Below the pieces are notes generated by a model. That model worked only from the letters and a program-made list of their open reading frames with translations. It ran no database searches and was not told the DNA's origin. A program made the translations under genes and the position numbers. Shown piece by piece: positions 55,464-64,000 of a stretch of DNA of 64,000 bases; the stretch's first letter is position 1; every line of letters begins with the position of its first letter. Source of the DNA: a virus (Duplodnaviria; Heunggongvirae; Uroviricota; Caudoviricetes); IMG/VR virus record IMGVR_UViG_3300037313_000650; one strand, 5' to 3'.

Positions 55464-58217
55464 CTACATTGATTTATTTTCTTTAGCTACCTTCAGTGCG
55501 TATTCCCCTTTAATCTTTTCCTTCTGTAAATCCATCTGTGCTTTTTCTCTACCAGCATTTATTTTATCAATTTCAGTCTGACGTTTTATGTTATTACTAT
55601 CTTTAACTTGCTGATTCTTATTAGCTATCTCCTGTTGTTTCAGGAAGTAGTTAAGATTTTCCTGTGCATCTGGAACTTGGTTAGTGTTAACATCTGTTTG
55701 CATACCACCCATAGCTCTGATTTCAGCAACTTCAACCTGAGTTTGATTTCTCTTATCATTCTGAGAGTTGATAAACTCGTTGTTTTGTTGTTGTTGAGCA
55801 AGAAGTGTCTTCCTTCTTTCTTGTTCCATTTGCATTTCATGATCTCTTTGAGCTTGTTCTTTAGCATCAGCTTCCATCTCACCTTGTTTAACCACTGACA
55901 TAATCTTAGGTACTGATTGCTCAATCAATGCTTGTAGTTTAGCAGAAGGTTTAATAGGCAGAGTATTTTCTTCCATCAGGAACTGAGAAATCTTCTGAAG
56001 TGCTGCTCTAACATTAGCTTTAGATTGTAGATATATATTATAATGAGGAAGTGTATTTTCCATACCTTCTATCTCTAAGAACATCATTTCATCACTATCA
56101 GTTTGATATATATCTCTGTTAGATTCATTAAATGTTGAATAATACTGAGTAGCATCTAACATCCTCTGTCTTACTCTTTCCATTAGATTAGAGTGCTGTT
56201 CAAAGTATTTCTCTGTTTGAGTTTCAGAAAGATTAATACCTTGCTGTACAGAAAATGCTGTCTCTGAAGCTTTCTGTCCACCTGCTCTTTGTCTTGTAAT
56301 TCCTATACTTTCACCAGCCATCCACTTCAATTGATCTCCCATTTGTAGATAGAATTGAGCTTCTTGGGCTGTTGATAACGGTAATACTTGTGGAAGTGCT
56401 GGTTGTCCTAATCCTCTAACCATTTCAGGATCAAGTGTGTAGTCAAGAATATCAGATTCTCTTAATCTATCTTCATATTCTTCTATTGGATCTACTCTAT
56501 TAGTACTATTATTTAAGTTGTTAGTACTTATCATTCTTCTATCTATAGCTATCTTATTACCATAATCCTTTAAGAATTTCTTAGGAACTTGGTTCATTGC
56601 TATATTATGTAGAATCTGATAAGGTTTAATTCTATCAATAAAGGAATGAGGAACTGTATTAATGTATGAGAAGTCACAACCCTCTACAGGAGGTAGGGAG
56701 TCAAATGGGTTATCCTTGCCTTTGAATTGGAACTTTACAGGACCACCATCTATATAAATAGATTCTAATGTATTTTGAGAATTCATCCAGAAAGTATGTT
56801 TCTGGTTTGGTGAAATCTTCATTACGTGTCTCCATTCAGGAACCCATGTCCAATCTATATGTTCACCATATAACAAGTTATCTTTGGATTTTTCTTTTAT
56901 AACGGATGTATCGTATGTAGGTTCTACAGTTACTCTATAATTCTCATCTATCCACTCACCGGGAGTAATAGTACCATCTCTGTCAATCTTTGTCAACCAT
57001 CCAATTCTTCTCATACTTCTCCAGTAGAGTCTCATTACTCTGAACATTTGAGGGTGTCCAGTTACCATTCTACCCCATACAGGATTAAGAATATCTACAT
57101 CTATATTATGATCGAAGTTTGGACTTCTCATAAAATTGTAAGCCAATTCCTTACCTAACAAGGCATCATTCATTGCAGGATTAAGGTCTGTAGCTTGCGC
57201 CCAAGGTTTAGATAGATCATAATAACTACCCTGATGAGACTTTAAATAGTCTGGTACAATAATATTAGCAGTTTTAACATAGATATCTCTCATTTTTAAG
57301 ATATCCTCTTCCTTCATTCTTCTACCATACCTATTTACTATATCTCCAGCAGACATAAAATCAAACCACAAGAAGTAATCTCCTTGAGATACATACTTAG
57401 TGTTTGGTCCCTTATGCTTATCTATGTATTTTGGATTAAGTAATTCTAATTTGAAATCATCATCCAGAAGGTCTAAGTGCCAGTATTCACCATCTGTAAT
57501 CAATCCACATTCAAAACCATCCGGTTCTATTTCCTGTAGATTGTATCTTCTTTCATGAATCTTTACTGCTTTCTCTGCCCACTTTACCCCAACACTTCTA
57601 AAATTTCTTGATTGGGCTTCCAAATCATCCATTTGCTGCATTAATTGCTGCATTTGTTGATTATACTGATCAGGATCAGTATCTGGTGTTATACCCATTT
57701 GAGCAAGTGATTGTTGTTTTTCTACAGCAGCAGATTGGAGAATAAGTTCTTTAAACTGTTCGGATTTCTTGCTGAAAAGTTCATCCTTAGAATATGGGTC
57801 TATAGCTTCTATAGTCCATGTATTTTCTCTTTTAATAAACTCTCCTCTGAGAATATCAACAAAATTGGGAGCAATAGGATAGAATTGTTGTAGTGGAGAA
57901 TTATTCTCTGGTGGAACAATCATCCCTATAGCTTGGTGAAAGGGATTGACTTCAGGATTGATAATATAATCAGATTGGTCTAACAAACCATGTCTCAACC
58001 AAAACTGCTTTTGGATTTTGGTGGCTTTCTTTTCTACATTATGCCATCCAGCAGTTTCGTAGTAGTCAGCTACAGCATGAATCCAATCCTCTGTTTTTTC
58101 TTCCAGAGTTAACATCTGAAATGGAAGTATATCATCTATAGCTCCATTCAGTAGTACATTTTTGTCTAATTTGAAACCTTTATATAGGTCGTGACCCCAG
58201 ATTAGCTTGTTTGCCAT
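55464..58217 (-). CDS. portal protein candidate (917 aa)
   Basis: Large ORF immediately downstream of the large terminase gene (13-nt gap). Size and position are typical of podophage and crAss-like portals. C-terminal Gln/Glu/Lys-rich tail. Confidence 0.5.
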   Translation of the reverse strand: MANKLIWGHDLYKGFKLDKNVLLNGAIDDILPFQMLTLEEKTEDWIHAVADYYETAGWHNVEKKATKIQKQFWLRHGLLDQSDYIINPEVNPFHQAIGMIVPPENNSPLQQFYPIAPNFVDILRGEFIKRENTWTIEAIDPYSKDELFSKKSEQFKELILQSAAVEKQQSLAQMGITPDTDPDQYNQQMQQLMQQMDDLEAQSRNFRSVGVKWAEKAVKIHERRYNLQEIEPDGFECGLITDGEYWHLDLLDDDFKLELLNPKYIDKHKGPNTKYVSQGDYFLWFDFMSAGDIVNRYGRRMKEEDILKMRDIYVKTANIIVPDYLKSHQGSYYDLSKPWAQATDLNPAMNDALLGKELAYNFMRSPNFDHNIDVDILNPVWGRMVTGHPQMFRVMRLYWRSMRRIGWLTKIDRDGTITPGEWIDENYRVTVEPTYDTSVIKEKSKDNLLYGEHIDWTWVPEWRHVMKISPNQKHTFWMNSQNTLESIYIDGGPVKFQFKGKDNPFDSLPPVEGCDFSYINTVPHSFIDRIKPYQILHNIAMNQVPKKFLKDYGNKIAIDRRMISTNNLNNSTNRVDPIEEYEDRLRESDILDYTLDPEMVRGLGQPALPQVLPLSTAQEAQFYLQMGDQLKWMAGESIGITRQRAGGQKASETAFSVQQGINLSETQTEKYFEQHSNLMERVRQRMLDATQYYSTFNESNRDIYQTDSDEMMFLEIEGMENTLPHYNIYLQSKANVRAALQKISQFLMEENTLPIKPSAKLQALIEQSVPKIMSVVKQGEMEADAKEQAQRDHEMQMEQERRKTLLAQQQQNNEFINSQNDKRNQTQVEVAEIRAMGGMQTDVNTNQVPDAQENLNYFLKQQEIANKNQQVKDSNNIKRQTEIDKINAGREKAQMDLQKEKIKGEYALKVAKENKSM

Positions 58218-58230
58218 TTATATTTAAATA

Positions 58231-60483
58231 TTAAAGTAATGATTGTGTTTTCTTCTTTTTTGCTGGACCTTGATAGGTTTTTCTCATCCCACCCAACATA
58301 TCTATTTGTTTAGGTGGTTTATATGTATTTTGTGGAGTTTCATCCTTCACCTCATTTCTTCTCTTAATAAATCTGTTCTGCTGGTAAATCTTAGCTATCA
58401 TTACAGCAGCACCAAAGGATACAACTCGGTCAAAGTTTCCATCTTCATTAAACTGGATAAGTTCTTCTATTAGCCAGTAGTCATCTATCTTATCTATACC
58501 ACGAATAGCCTTAAGAACTTCATCTGTATTACCTTTATATATTACACCATATTGTGTTAATAAGTATTCTTTTATATAACTGATAAGTAGATTCCACATA
58601 TTATTATGTGGAGATATAGTGAACCCAAACTTGGACTGCCCACCACCACTTGCTATATTTAAATCCTTAAACATAGGAACATCAGATTCCTTTGCTAAGT
58701 ATTTTTCAGCCCTACCATTTCTCTGCATGTAGTTGATAAAGTTTGGCTTAGAACGTTCTACAAATGCAAACGCATTGTACAACTTCAGAAGAAGCCAACC
58801 TTGTTCATTCGTAGCTTCAGTACCACCATCCTTTGCAGAAAACCTTCCTCTGTAAGTAGCTACCAGCTTATCACCTTCTATTCTTGTTTTAATCTTACCA
58901 TCTGTATCTCTATATTTAACTTCTATAACTGTTTTAAATATATCCATAGAAAATACAGATTCAGAAGTGGTTGTGTCATCAGCTTCAATGGTATCCACTC
59001 CAGCAAAATATGTAAAGAACTCTGCGTTTTCATCTGGTGGTTCGTATATAGTAACTACACCTCTTTTATCAGGCCATTCTGGTTTGATTGGGTATTGATG
59101 TTCTGGTGGGTTATTTCTGCTATCTAATTTTACTACACCATTTGTATCTTCATACAATAAACCTTTCTGAGGTTTAAATACCCACTTATCTTCACGTTCC
59201 TTTAGTTCAATTCTTTCCTGTTGGTTCTGAAGTAGGATAAGAGGAAATATTGATACATTCCTATTCTTAAAGGCATCATCAAGATAGATAGGGTGCTGAG
59301 AAACTTCCAACTGATAATCTTCAGGAGAGATTTCAGGGTTATTCCTCATAGATTCATATTTCTTAGTGAGGAATTCAAAAGCCTCCATAACCTTTGAATT
59401 ACCATTCTTATCTATGAATCCCGGCATTCCCCAATGTTCAGGAATATATAAACCTGTATCTGTAGGTACTCTATTTTTATTTACCCAAGTATTCTTAACT
59501 GGTAAGAACCCGTTTGATCTTGGAGCAAACATGTACTTCTTCAGAGGTCTACATTGTTTCAAATCACCTACAGAACCTGCTGCTATGAACATACCAGTAG
59601 TATAAATACCAGCTTCAACGGCAGGTTTAAAGAAACCATAAGTAGCATCCAGTTTAGGAGCAATACCACCTTCCTCATGATAACCGTAAGCACATGCACC
59701 ACCAACACCATTTGTAGCATTGATTTTCAATGAGATACCAGAGATAACAGACATTCTACCCTTGTATAATTTCTGCCCATCCTTGGTTCTAATCTCCTTA
59801 CGCTGCATCCAAGAAAATTCCTGATCTGGTTGATTATCTCTTTTCCAATCAGTATTTTGGTTTAAGAAATCTTTATATTTAATTAAAAACTTCCAGATAC
59901 CATCTTTGATGTTTAGGAATTTCTCATCTGAAGCAAAGAGTTTATTTATAGCATTCCTATCAAACCAATACTTATTAATAATCTTAGCGCAATGCAGAAG
60001 TGAAGAAGCCATCTGACGTTTCTTAGTCAAGATGGAATGTAAGTGATGAGCTTCTGCTCTTTTCTCATATAAAGAAAGGTGATATTGAATATCCCGTATA
60101 TCAGGGAAAGTATCTATATCACCCTTTTCCTTGTTGGCAAACTGACAAAAATTCAAGAAGAAATAGTAATCTCTAGTTAAGTACCAGAGTGTATTTCCTT
60201 GTTTATATATTACACCTCTTACACATTTTTTACCTTCCGTTCTCCAAAACTCTTTTCTCTCCTTTGAACCTCCGGGGTGAAAGGTGTAACACTTATGTTT
60301 TTCAAAATGTATTGCTTTTTCTCTAAATGCTTCTACAGCTTCATCAGTAAACTTGTAGTCACATTCATCATTCCATACACTGTCTAGGAATACAGCTAAG
60401 TCCTCTTGGATATCGAAGTCTGTTTCACTCCAAACCTTGCTATCTATATCATACGTTGGTATTCCTTGAAATGGTACAATCAT
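58231..60483 (-). CDS. terminase large subunit candidate (750 aa)
   Basis: C-terminal half has an RNase H-like nuclease signature (FTYFAGVDTIEADDTTTSESVFSMDIFK, Asp-containing strand). Size and position upstream of the portal fit. ATPase motifs not confidently resolved by eye. Confidence 0.55.
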   Translation of the reverse strand: MIVPFQGIPTYDIDSKVWSETDFDIQEDLAVFLDSVWNDECDYKFTDEAVEAFREKAIHFEKHKCYTFHPGGSKERKEFWRTEGKKCVRGVIYKQGNTLWYLTRDYYFFLNFCQFANKEKGDIDTFPDIRDIQYHLSLYEKRAEAHHLHSILTKKRQMASSLLHCAKIINKYWFDRNAINKLFASDEKFLNIKDGIWKFLIKYKDFLNQNTDWKRDNQPDQEFSWMQRKEIRTKDGQKLYKGRMSVISGISLKINATNGVGGACAYGYHEEGGIAPKLDATYGFFKPAVEAGIYTTGMFIAAGSVGDLKQCRPLKKYMFAPRSNGFLPVKNTWVNKNRVPTDTGLYIPEHWGMPGFIDKNGNSKVMEAFEFLTKKYESMRNNPEISPEDYQLEVSQHPIYLDDAFKNRNVSIFPLILLQNQQERIELKEREDKWVFKPQKGLLYEDTNGVVKLDSRNNPPEHQYPIKPEWPDKRGVVTIYEPPDENAEFFTYFAGVDTIEADDTTTSESVFSMDIFKTVIEVKYRDTDGKIKTRIEGDKLVATYRGRFSAKDGGTEATNEQGWLLLKLYNAFAFVERSKPNFINYMQRNGRAEKYLAKESDVPMFKDLNIASGGGQSKFGFTISPHNNMWNLLISYIKEYLLTQYGVIYKGNTDEVLKAIRGIDKIDDYWLIEELIQFNEDGNFDRVVSFGAAVMIAKIYQQNRFIKRRNEVKDETPQNTYKPPKQIDMLGGMRKTYQGPAKKKKTQSLL

Positions 60484-60485
60484 AA

Positions 60486-61025
60486 TTAATAATCTTCATC
60501 TTCGTCAAAGGCTAGTTGTCCACCACCTCTAACATTTATCTGACCTTGTTCTTCTTCAAAGTCTTTATAGGCTTGTTTGAAGCTTTTACGCATAGCTTCA
60601 TACTTTTCCATGAGTTTCAATATATTAGTAGCATTACCTTCTCTAGCTGCAAAGTCTATCTCTATATTGGATAACTTCTCACCAATTTGATCCATCATAG
60701 ATTTAATACCTTTATACAATCTATAGAAAGTAGTTGAGTATTTTTCTTCTACACAAATGAGAGCTTTTTTAAGAACTTCATCAGTAGAACTATCAAATGG
60801 TAATCCTAAGTCATATACAATCTGTTCTTCCCTCTTTTCAATAGGAACATCTGAATATGGATTATCATCCTTATTCATACTTTTCATATAGTGTAAATAA
60901 GGAATCACTTTAGGATATTGGGTGAAATATTTATCAATAACAGCCTTAATAGGTTCTATTATATAACAATCATCCTTTGGGATAATCACCTCGCCTTGCA
61001 GTTCAAAAAGTTTTCCTAGTGCCAT
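60486..61025 (-). CDS. hypothetical protein (179 aa). Possibly the terminase small subunit, by position.
   Basis: ORF 2 nt upstream of the large terminase gene. Acidic C-terminus AFDEDEDY. No motif. Confidence 0.3.
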   Translation of the reverse strand: MALGKLFELQGEVIIPKDDCYIIEPIKAVIDKYFTQYPKVIPYLHYMKSMNKDDNPYSDVPIEKREEQIVYDLGLPFDSSTDEVLKKALICVEEKYSTTFYRLYKGIKSMMDQIGEKLSNIEIDFAAREGNATNILKLMEKYEAMRKSFKQAYKDFEEEQGQINVRGGGQLAFDEDEDY

Positions 61026-61063
61026 ATTAATTTATAATGTTAAGGAAGGGGATACGTGGAACA

Positions 61064-61837
61064 TTAGGATTTAAGAGTTTCTAACATTGCTACAACTTCC
61101 TTCTTTCTGTAAGGAACTTCTATTTGTTTCTCAAACAGGATTTTTGGTTGTCCATTATATAATATAGGAATACCATCACTATCTCTTTCAATTGGACACC
61201 AGTTAAGAATAATTGGTCCCGGTTTAAATCTACCCTTATTGGCTTTCCAGATAAGGTACATATACAGAGACATTTTCAGGGAGTAGATATTTCCATTACA
61301 GTTCTCCAAGTGGTGTAATGGTGGCATGAGCATTTCAGGCTCATTGTAACCATTATCATATGCTTTGAAATCAATAGATTTATCTGTTTTATGATCTCTT
61401 ACAATAATATAATCATCCTTTATTTCCACTTCATCACTCTGTCCACAAATCATATAATCCAAGTCGTAGATCATTAATTCAGGATATACAGTATTATTTT
61501 CTAGTTCACATACATTTAATGCATACTTGAACTTTCCATCATAGTCTGATTCCTTTATCCTAATTTCACCCTTCTTGGCAAGCAGTTCAGTTTCTTTAAT
61601 CTTGTGAACTATTGTTCCTGCTTCACTACCTTTAATTCTTTTATTCTCCCAATCCCTTAATACTTCATCTACTGTCTTTATTATACCTTTATACCTTTTC
61701 AGGTTCTTCACGTTCTTCTTAGCTATCTCAACCCAATCTTTAGGTTGTTCAAACTTGTGCATAAAACCAGAAACAGAGATAAGTTCCCTGTTATCTAAAG
61801 TGTAATACTTATGTCCATTCTCTTTAAACTTTACCAT
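61064..61837 (-). CDS. putative PD-(D/E)xK-type nuclease (257 aa)
   Basis: GSEAGTIVH ... IYDLDYMICGQSDEVEIKDD ... pattern (D, then ExK) reminiscent of YqaJ or lambda-exonuclease-type recombination nucleases. Tentative. Confidence 0.35.
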   Translation of the reverse strand: MVKFKENGHKYYTLDNRELISVSGFMHKFEQPKDWVEIAKKNVKNLKRYKGIIKTVDEVLRDWENKRIKGSEAGTIVHKIKETELLAKKGEIRIKESDYDGKFKYALNVCELENNTVYPELMIYDLDYMICGQSDEVEIKDDYIIVRDHKTDKSIDFKAYDNGYNEPEMLMPPLHHLENCNGNIYSLKMSLYMYLIWKANKGRFKPGPIILNWCPIERDSDGIPILYNGQPKILFEKQIEVPYRKKEVVAMLETLKS

Positions 61838-61838
61838 A

Positions 61839-62132
61839 CTATACTATTGCTCTAAAGGTTAATTCAAGTTCTTTTGAACTATATACTACTCTTACTTTCT
61901 TAGTTTGAAGTCCCGTAGAGTTAGGGGTGAAGGTTACATTAATCAGTGTAGATTCTCCCGGCTTCACCTCTGTCTTATTTGTAGATGCAGTTGTACAACT
62001 CCCACAACCTGCAATAAGGTTTGTGATAGTTTCAGTTGTTGTACCATTATTGTTTAAAGTATAACTAAAATTATAAGATTGACCAAGATTCAACTTCCCT
62101 AAGTCAATAGATGGTTGGTTTGCTACTAACAT
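61839..62132 (-). CDS. DUF1573-like beta-sandwich protein (97 aa) with a CGSC motif
   Basis: TNLIAGCGSCTTAST within an Asn/Thr-rich Ig-like-length protein. The motif is characteristic of a Bacteroidetes-restricted domain family. Confidence 0.4.
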   Translation of the reverse strand: MLVANQPSIDLGKLNLGQSYNFSYTLNNNGTTTETITNLIAGCGSCTTASTNKTEVKPGESTLINVTFTPNSTGLQTKKVRVVYSSKELELTFRAIV

Positions 62133-62482
62133 TATTCAAACAGTTTTATATTATTAATACGTTTGTATATTTCCCAATTTTCTGCATTCATCATTTCAGG
62201 ATAACACTTTCCTTCACATCCTCTATCTTCCATTGTCTTTCCCAAGATTTCACATCCACATTGAATGCAACTACCTGATTCCCAACACTTAGGAGATTTA
62301 ATAATCACCTGTACCCTTCTCCATATAATCTGTTCGTACATATAATCTGGAAGGTCAAAACCACCTAAGCTTCTTCTCTTTTTCCTGAACCAAGCCTGAA
62401 TTACAGCATATACATTCCTAAGTGTTATTTTGGCTGGATTGATTGCTGTCTTTCTTGCTTTCAGGTAACTTCTCAAACTCAT
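62132..62482 (-). CDS. Cys-rich small protein (116 aa), putative zinc-binding
   Basis: CWESGSCIQCGCEILGKTMEDRGCEGKC. Its 5' end overlaps the upstream ORF by 65 nt, so the true start may be the internal Met at about 62341. Confidence 0.4.
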   Translation of the reverse strand: MSLRSYLKARKTAINPAKITLRNVYAVIQAWFRKKRRSLGGFDLPDYMYEQIIWRRVQVIIKSPKCWESGSCIQCGCEILGKTMEDRGCEGKCYPEMMNAENWEIYKRINNIKLFE

Positions 62483-62843
62483 TTCTTTTCTGTTTTGTTT
62501 CTTTTTTAACCCTTATAAATTCATCATAATCTTTAAGTCTTTCCTTGAAGTTTAAATAGAAAGCCTGTTTATCTATAAATTGTAAGAATGCTCTTTCAGA
62601 TTCAAAATCCTTATATCCTTCTATTTCATAATATACAGGATAACAACCCATTATTCTCTGCATCCTACTTCTTCTAAGGTGAAAAGAACCCAAACCTCTT
62701 ATCTTAATGATTAATTTCTTAGGAAGATCAAGCTCTTTAACTATTTGTTTCTGAACAAAATTTCCTAAATCTTTATACATCTGTTCAGGTAAACCAGTTC
62801 TCTTAGATGTAATCTTATATATTTCCTTACTATCTGATTGCAT
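62418..62843 (-). CDS. possible HU/IHF-like DNA-binding protein (141 aa)
   Basis: IIKIRGLGSFHLRRSRMQ resembles the HU beta-arm region (vGFGtFkv..R.aR). Lys-rich C-terminal tail. Tentative. Confidence 0.3.
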   Translation of the reverse strand: MQSDSKEIYKITSKRTGLPEQMYKDLGNFVQKQIVKELDLPKKLIIKIRGLGSFHLRRSRMQRIMGCYPVYYEIEGYKDFESERAFLQFIDKQAFYLNFKERLKDYDEFIRVKKETKQKRNEFEKLPESKKDSNQSSQNNT

Positions 62844-62845
62844 CT

Positions 62846-63214
62846 TTAATTTTTGTGGGAAACTATATGTTGTAGAACAAGTTTATCAAATGAAACTTTT
62901 GGAATAAACTCATTATTTATTCTCAGAACAGTGTTACGAGGTTTGTCTAACACTTTTAAATTAGTGTACTTAGAAAGTGTATTTCTAATACTTTGTGGAT
63001 TCTTTCTCAATTTCTTATCTAAACATATTTTGAGAAAGTTAGATTGTTCTTCTACATTCCTATATCCACCAAATAGATATAATTCTAAAAGGATATCTAT
63101 ATCATTTTCAAAGGGTTTTATTCCATTTTGTATAAGTTTAGTATAAAGGTGTACTCTTAATACATCTCTTTTATCACTAAACAAGATTTTATCTGAAAAA
63201 GATTTGATTTCCAT
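62846..63214 (-). CDS. hypothetical protein (122 aa)
   Basis: ORF 3 nt downstream of the preceding gene. Confidence 0.45.
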   Translation of the reverse strand: MEIKSFSDKILFSDKRDVLRVHLYTKLIQNGIKPFENDIDILLELYLFGGYRNVEEQSNFLKICLDKKLRKNPQSIRNTLSKYTNLKVLDKPRNTVLRINNEFIPKVSFDKLVLQHIVSHKN

Positions 63215-63308
63215 TGTCGGTTTTATTATACTTAATATACATAAAAAAAATTAATCTACCAAATTTTCTTTAGTAGATTAATTTAATATATTAAAATAAC
63301 TTACTAGA

Positions 63309-63677
63309 TTATAAAGATAATCTAGAGGAATGTAACTCCACCTTATTAGAAATGAGAGTATAGATATCCATTAGTTGCTTAAGAGGAACACCTTTATCCC
63401 TAACCATAGCTTCATTCCAGATAAGAGCATCATTACCCCTTGTCTTGAAGTCATCAAAGATTGAGGGACATGCTGTTACTGGAAGATTTAAGATTTTCTC
63501 AATAAGACTTTCCCTATAATCCTGTAAGTCTCTAGCTACCTGATCTTTATTAGTATCCATAATTGTGTTGATTTTAGTTTTCTTGTCATGATCAACAAAA
63601 GTGAAAGACCTCATGTTTCCATCGAGGTCTTTATAATGTTGTGCAGACGTATAATGATCTGATTTCTTGTCATGCAT
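63309..63677 (-). CDS. hypothetical protein (122 aa)
   Basis: ORF. Confidence 0.45.
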   Translation of the reverse strand: MHDKKSDHYTSAQHYKDLDGNMRSFTFVDHDKKTKINTIMDTNKDQVARDLQDYRESLIEKILNLPVTACPSIFDDFKTRGNDALIWNEAMVRDKGVPLKQLMDIYTLISNKVELHSSRLSL

Positions 63678-63692
63678 AACTTTAAGTTTTAA

Positions 63693-63968
63693 TTATTGAG
63701 CTTCAACGTCATGTTCTGCTGATAAAACTGGTTCTTCTACAACTTCAGTTTCTACTTTAGCTTTAGCTTCTTCATTGGCTTTATCAATCTGTGCCTGAAT
63801 CTTTTCCAGATTGGCTTGTCTTTCTTCTGCTTTCCTTTTCTTATATTCAGCAAATAAAGGTTCTAACTTGTCAGATTCCAAAGCATAGTACATCTTCTCA
63901 TAGTGAGCCTTCCATGACCTAGCTTCTAATTCTTGTTGTACTACAATTTGTCTCTGTTCTTCAAACAT
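63693..63968 (-). CDS. coiled-coil hypothetical protein (91 aa)
   Basis: ORF. Glu/Lys/Ala-rich heptad-like sequence. ATG at 63968. Confidence 0.4.
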   Translation of the reverse strand: MFEEQRQIVVQQELEARSWKAHYEKMYYALESDKLEPLFAEYKKRKAEERQANLEKIQAQIDKANEEAKAKVETEVVEEPVLSAEHDVEAQ

Positions 63969-64000
63969 TGCTTGTTGAAGTGCCTGTTGTTCTTTCTGTT

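Noticed and set aside
1-64000. Prophage, integration or lysogeny module
   Set aside because: No integrase, excisionase, repressor-antirepressor switch or attachment-site-like flanking repeats. All content is phage-type, so it reads as part of a virulent phage genome rather than an island in a host chromosome.

Overview
AT-rich (about 30% GC) 64-kb window that reads as a contiguous piece of a large virulent tailed-phage genome. I infer a crAss-like (Crassvirales-type) podophage of a Bacteroidetes-type host. Almost every gene is on the minus strand, with tightly packed or overlapping start and stop codons. Starts and stops were read under the standard genetic code. All tRNA calls and stem-loop structures were folded by eye, not by software. 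tRNA ends are accurate to within a few nucleotides. Functional calls rest on motifs I could recognise directly and are otherwise left as hypothetical.

Layout by region:
- 64.0 to 60.5 kb: small early or accessory genes. These include a candidate PD-(D/E)xK nuclease, a DUF1573-like CGSC-motif protein, a Cys-rich protein and a possible HU-like protein.
- 60.5 to 44.8 kb: packaging and virion genes. These are a candidate small terminase, the large terminase (750 aa), the portal (917 aa), an acidic scaffold-like protein, two capsid-candidate proteins (564 and 487 aa), and four Thr/Ser-rich fibre-like proteins, two with Cys-rich N-termini.
- 44.7 to 44.25 kb: a CPBP/Abi-family intramembrane protease homologue.
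- 44.1 to 38.25 kb: an array of 25 minus-strand tRNA-like genes covering all 20 amino acids. It is interrupted by a few small ORFs, including a GT-A-like DXD protein. It is punctuated by three copies of a conserved 44-bp promoter-like motif. Each motif is followed by a short leader and a hairpin plus U-run that abuts a tRNA 5' end.
- 38.2 to 37.5 kb: the only plus-strand gene in the window (141-aa winged-HTH protein), facing a divergent AT-rich region that carries a cluster of short palindromic repeats.
- 37.5 to 31.7 kb: three tandem paralogous small genes, a metallophosphoesterase and an SPFH-domain protein.
- 33.1 kb to position 1: one very long minus-strand operon of large virion or ejected proteins. 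It includes a 919-aa protein with a peptidase-M15 (LAS) cell-wall hydrolase domain and a 1559-aa protein. It also includes a giant 4737-aa ORF (4258..18471) carrying a beta-prime-like DPBB catalytic signature (FRIPTQA...AGSDFDVDKL). That signature is the hallmark of crAss-type virion RNA polymerases. A further ORF of at least 1399 aa runs off the window edge.

No integrase, CRISPR array, reverse transcriptase or diversity-generating retroelement, or stop-codon recoding was found.
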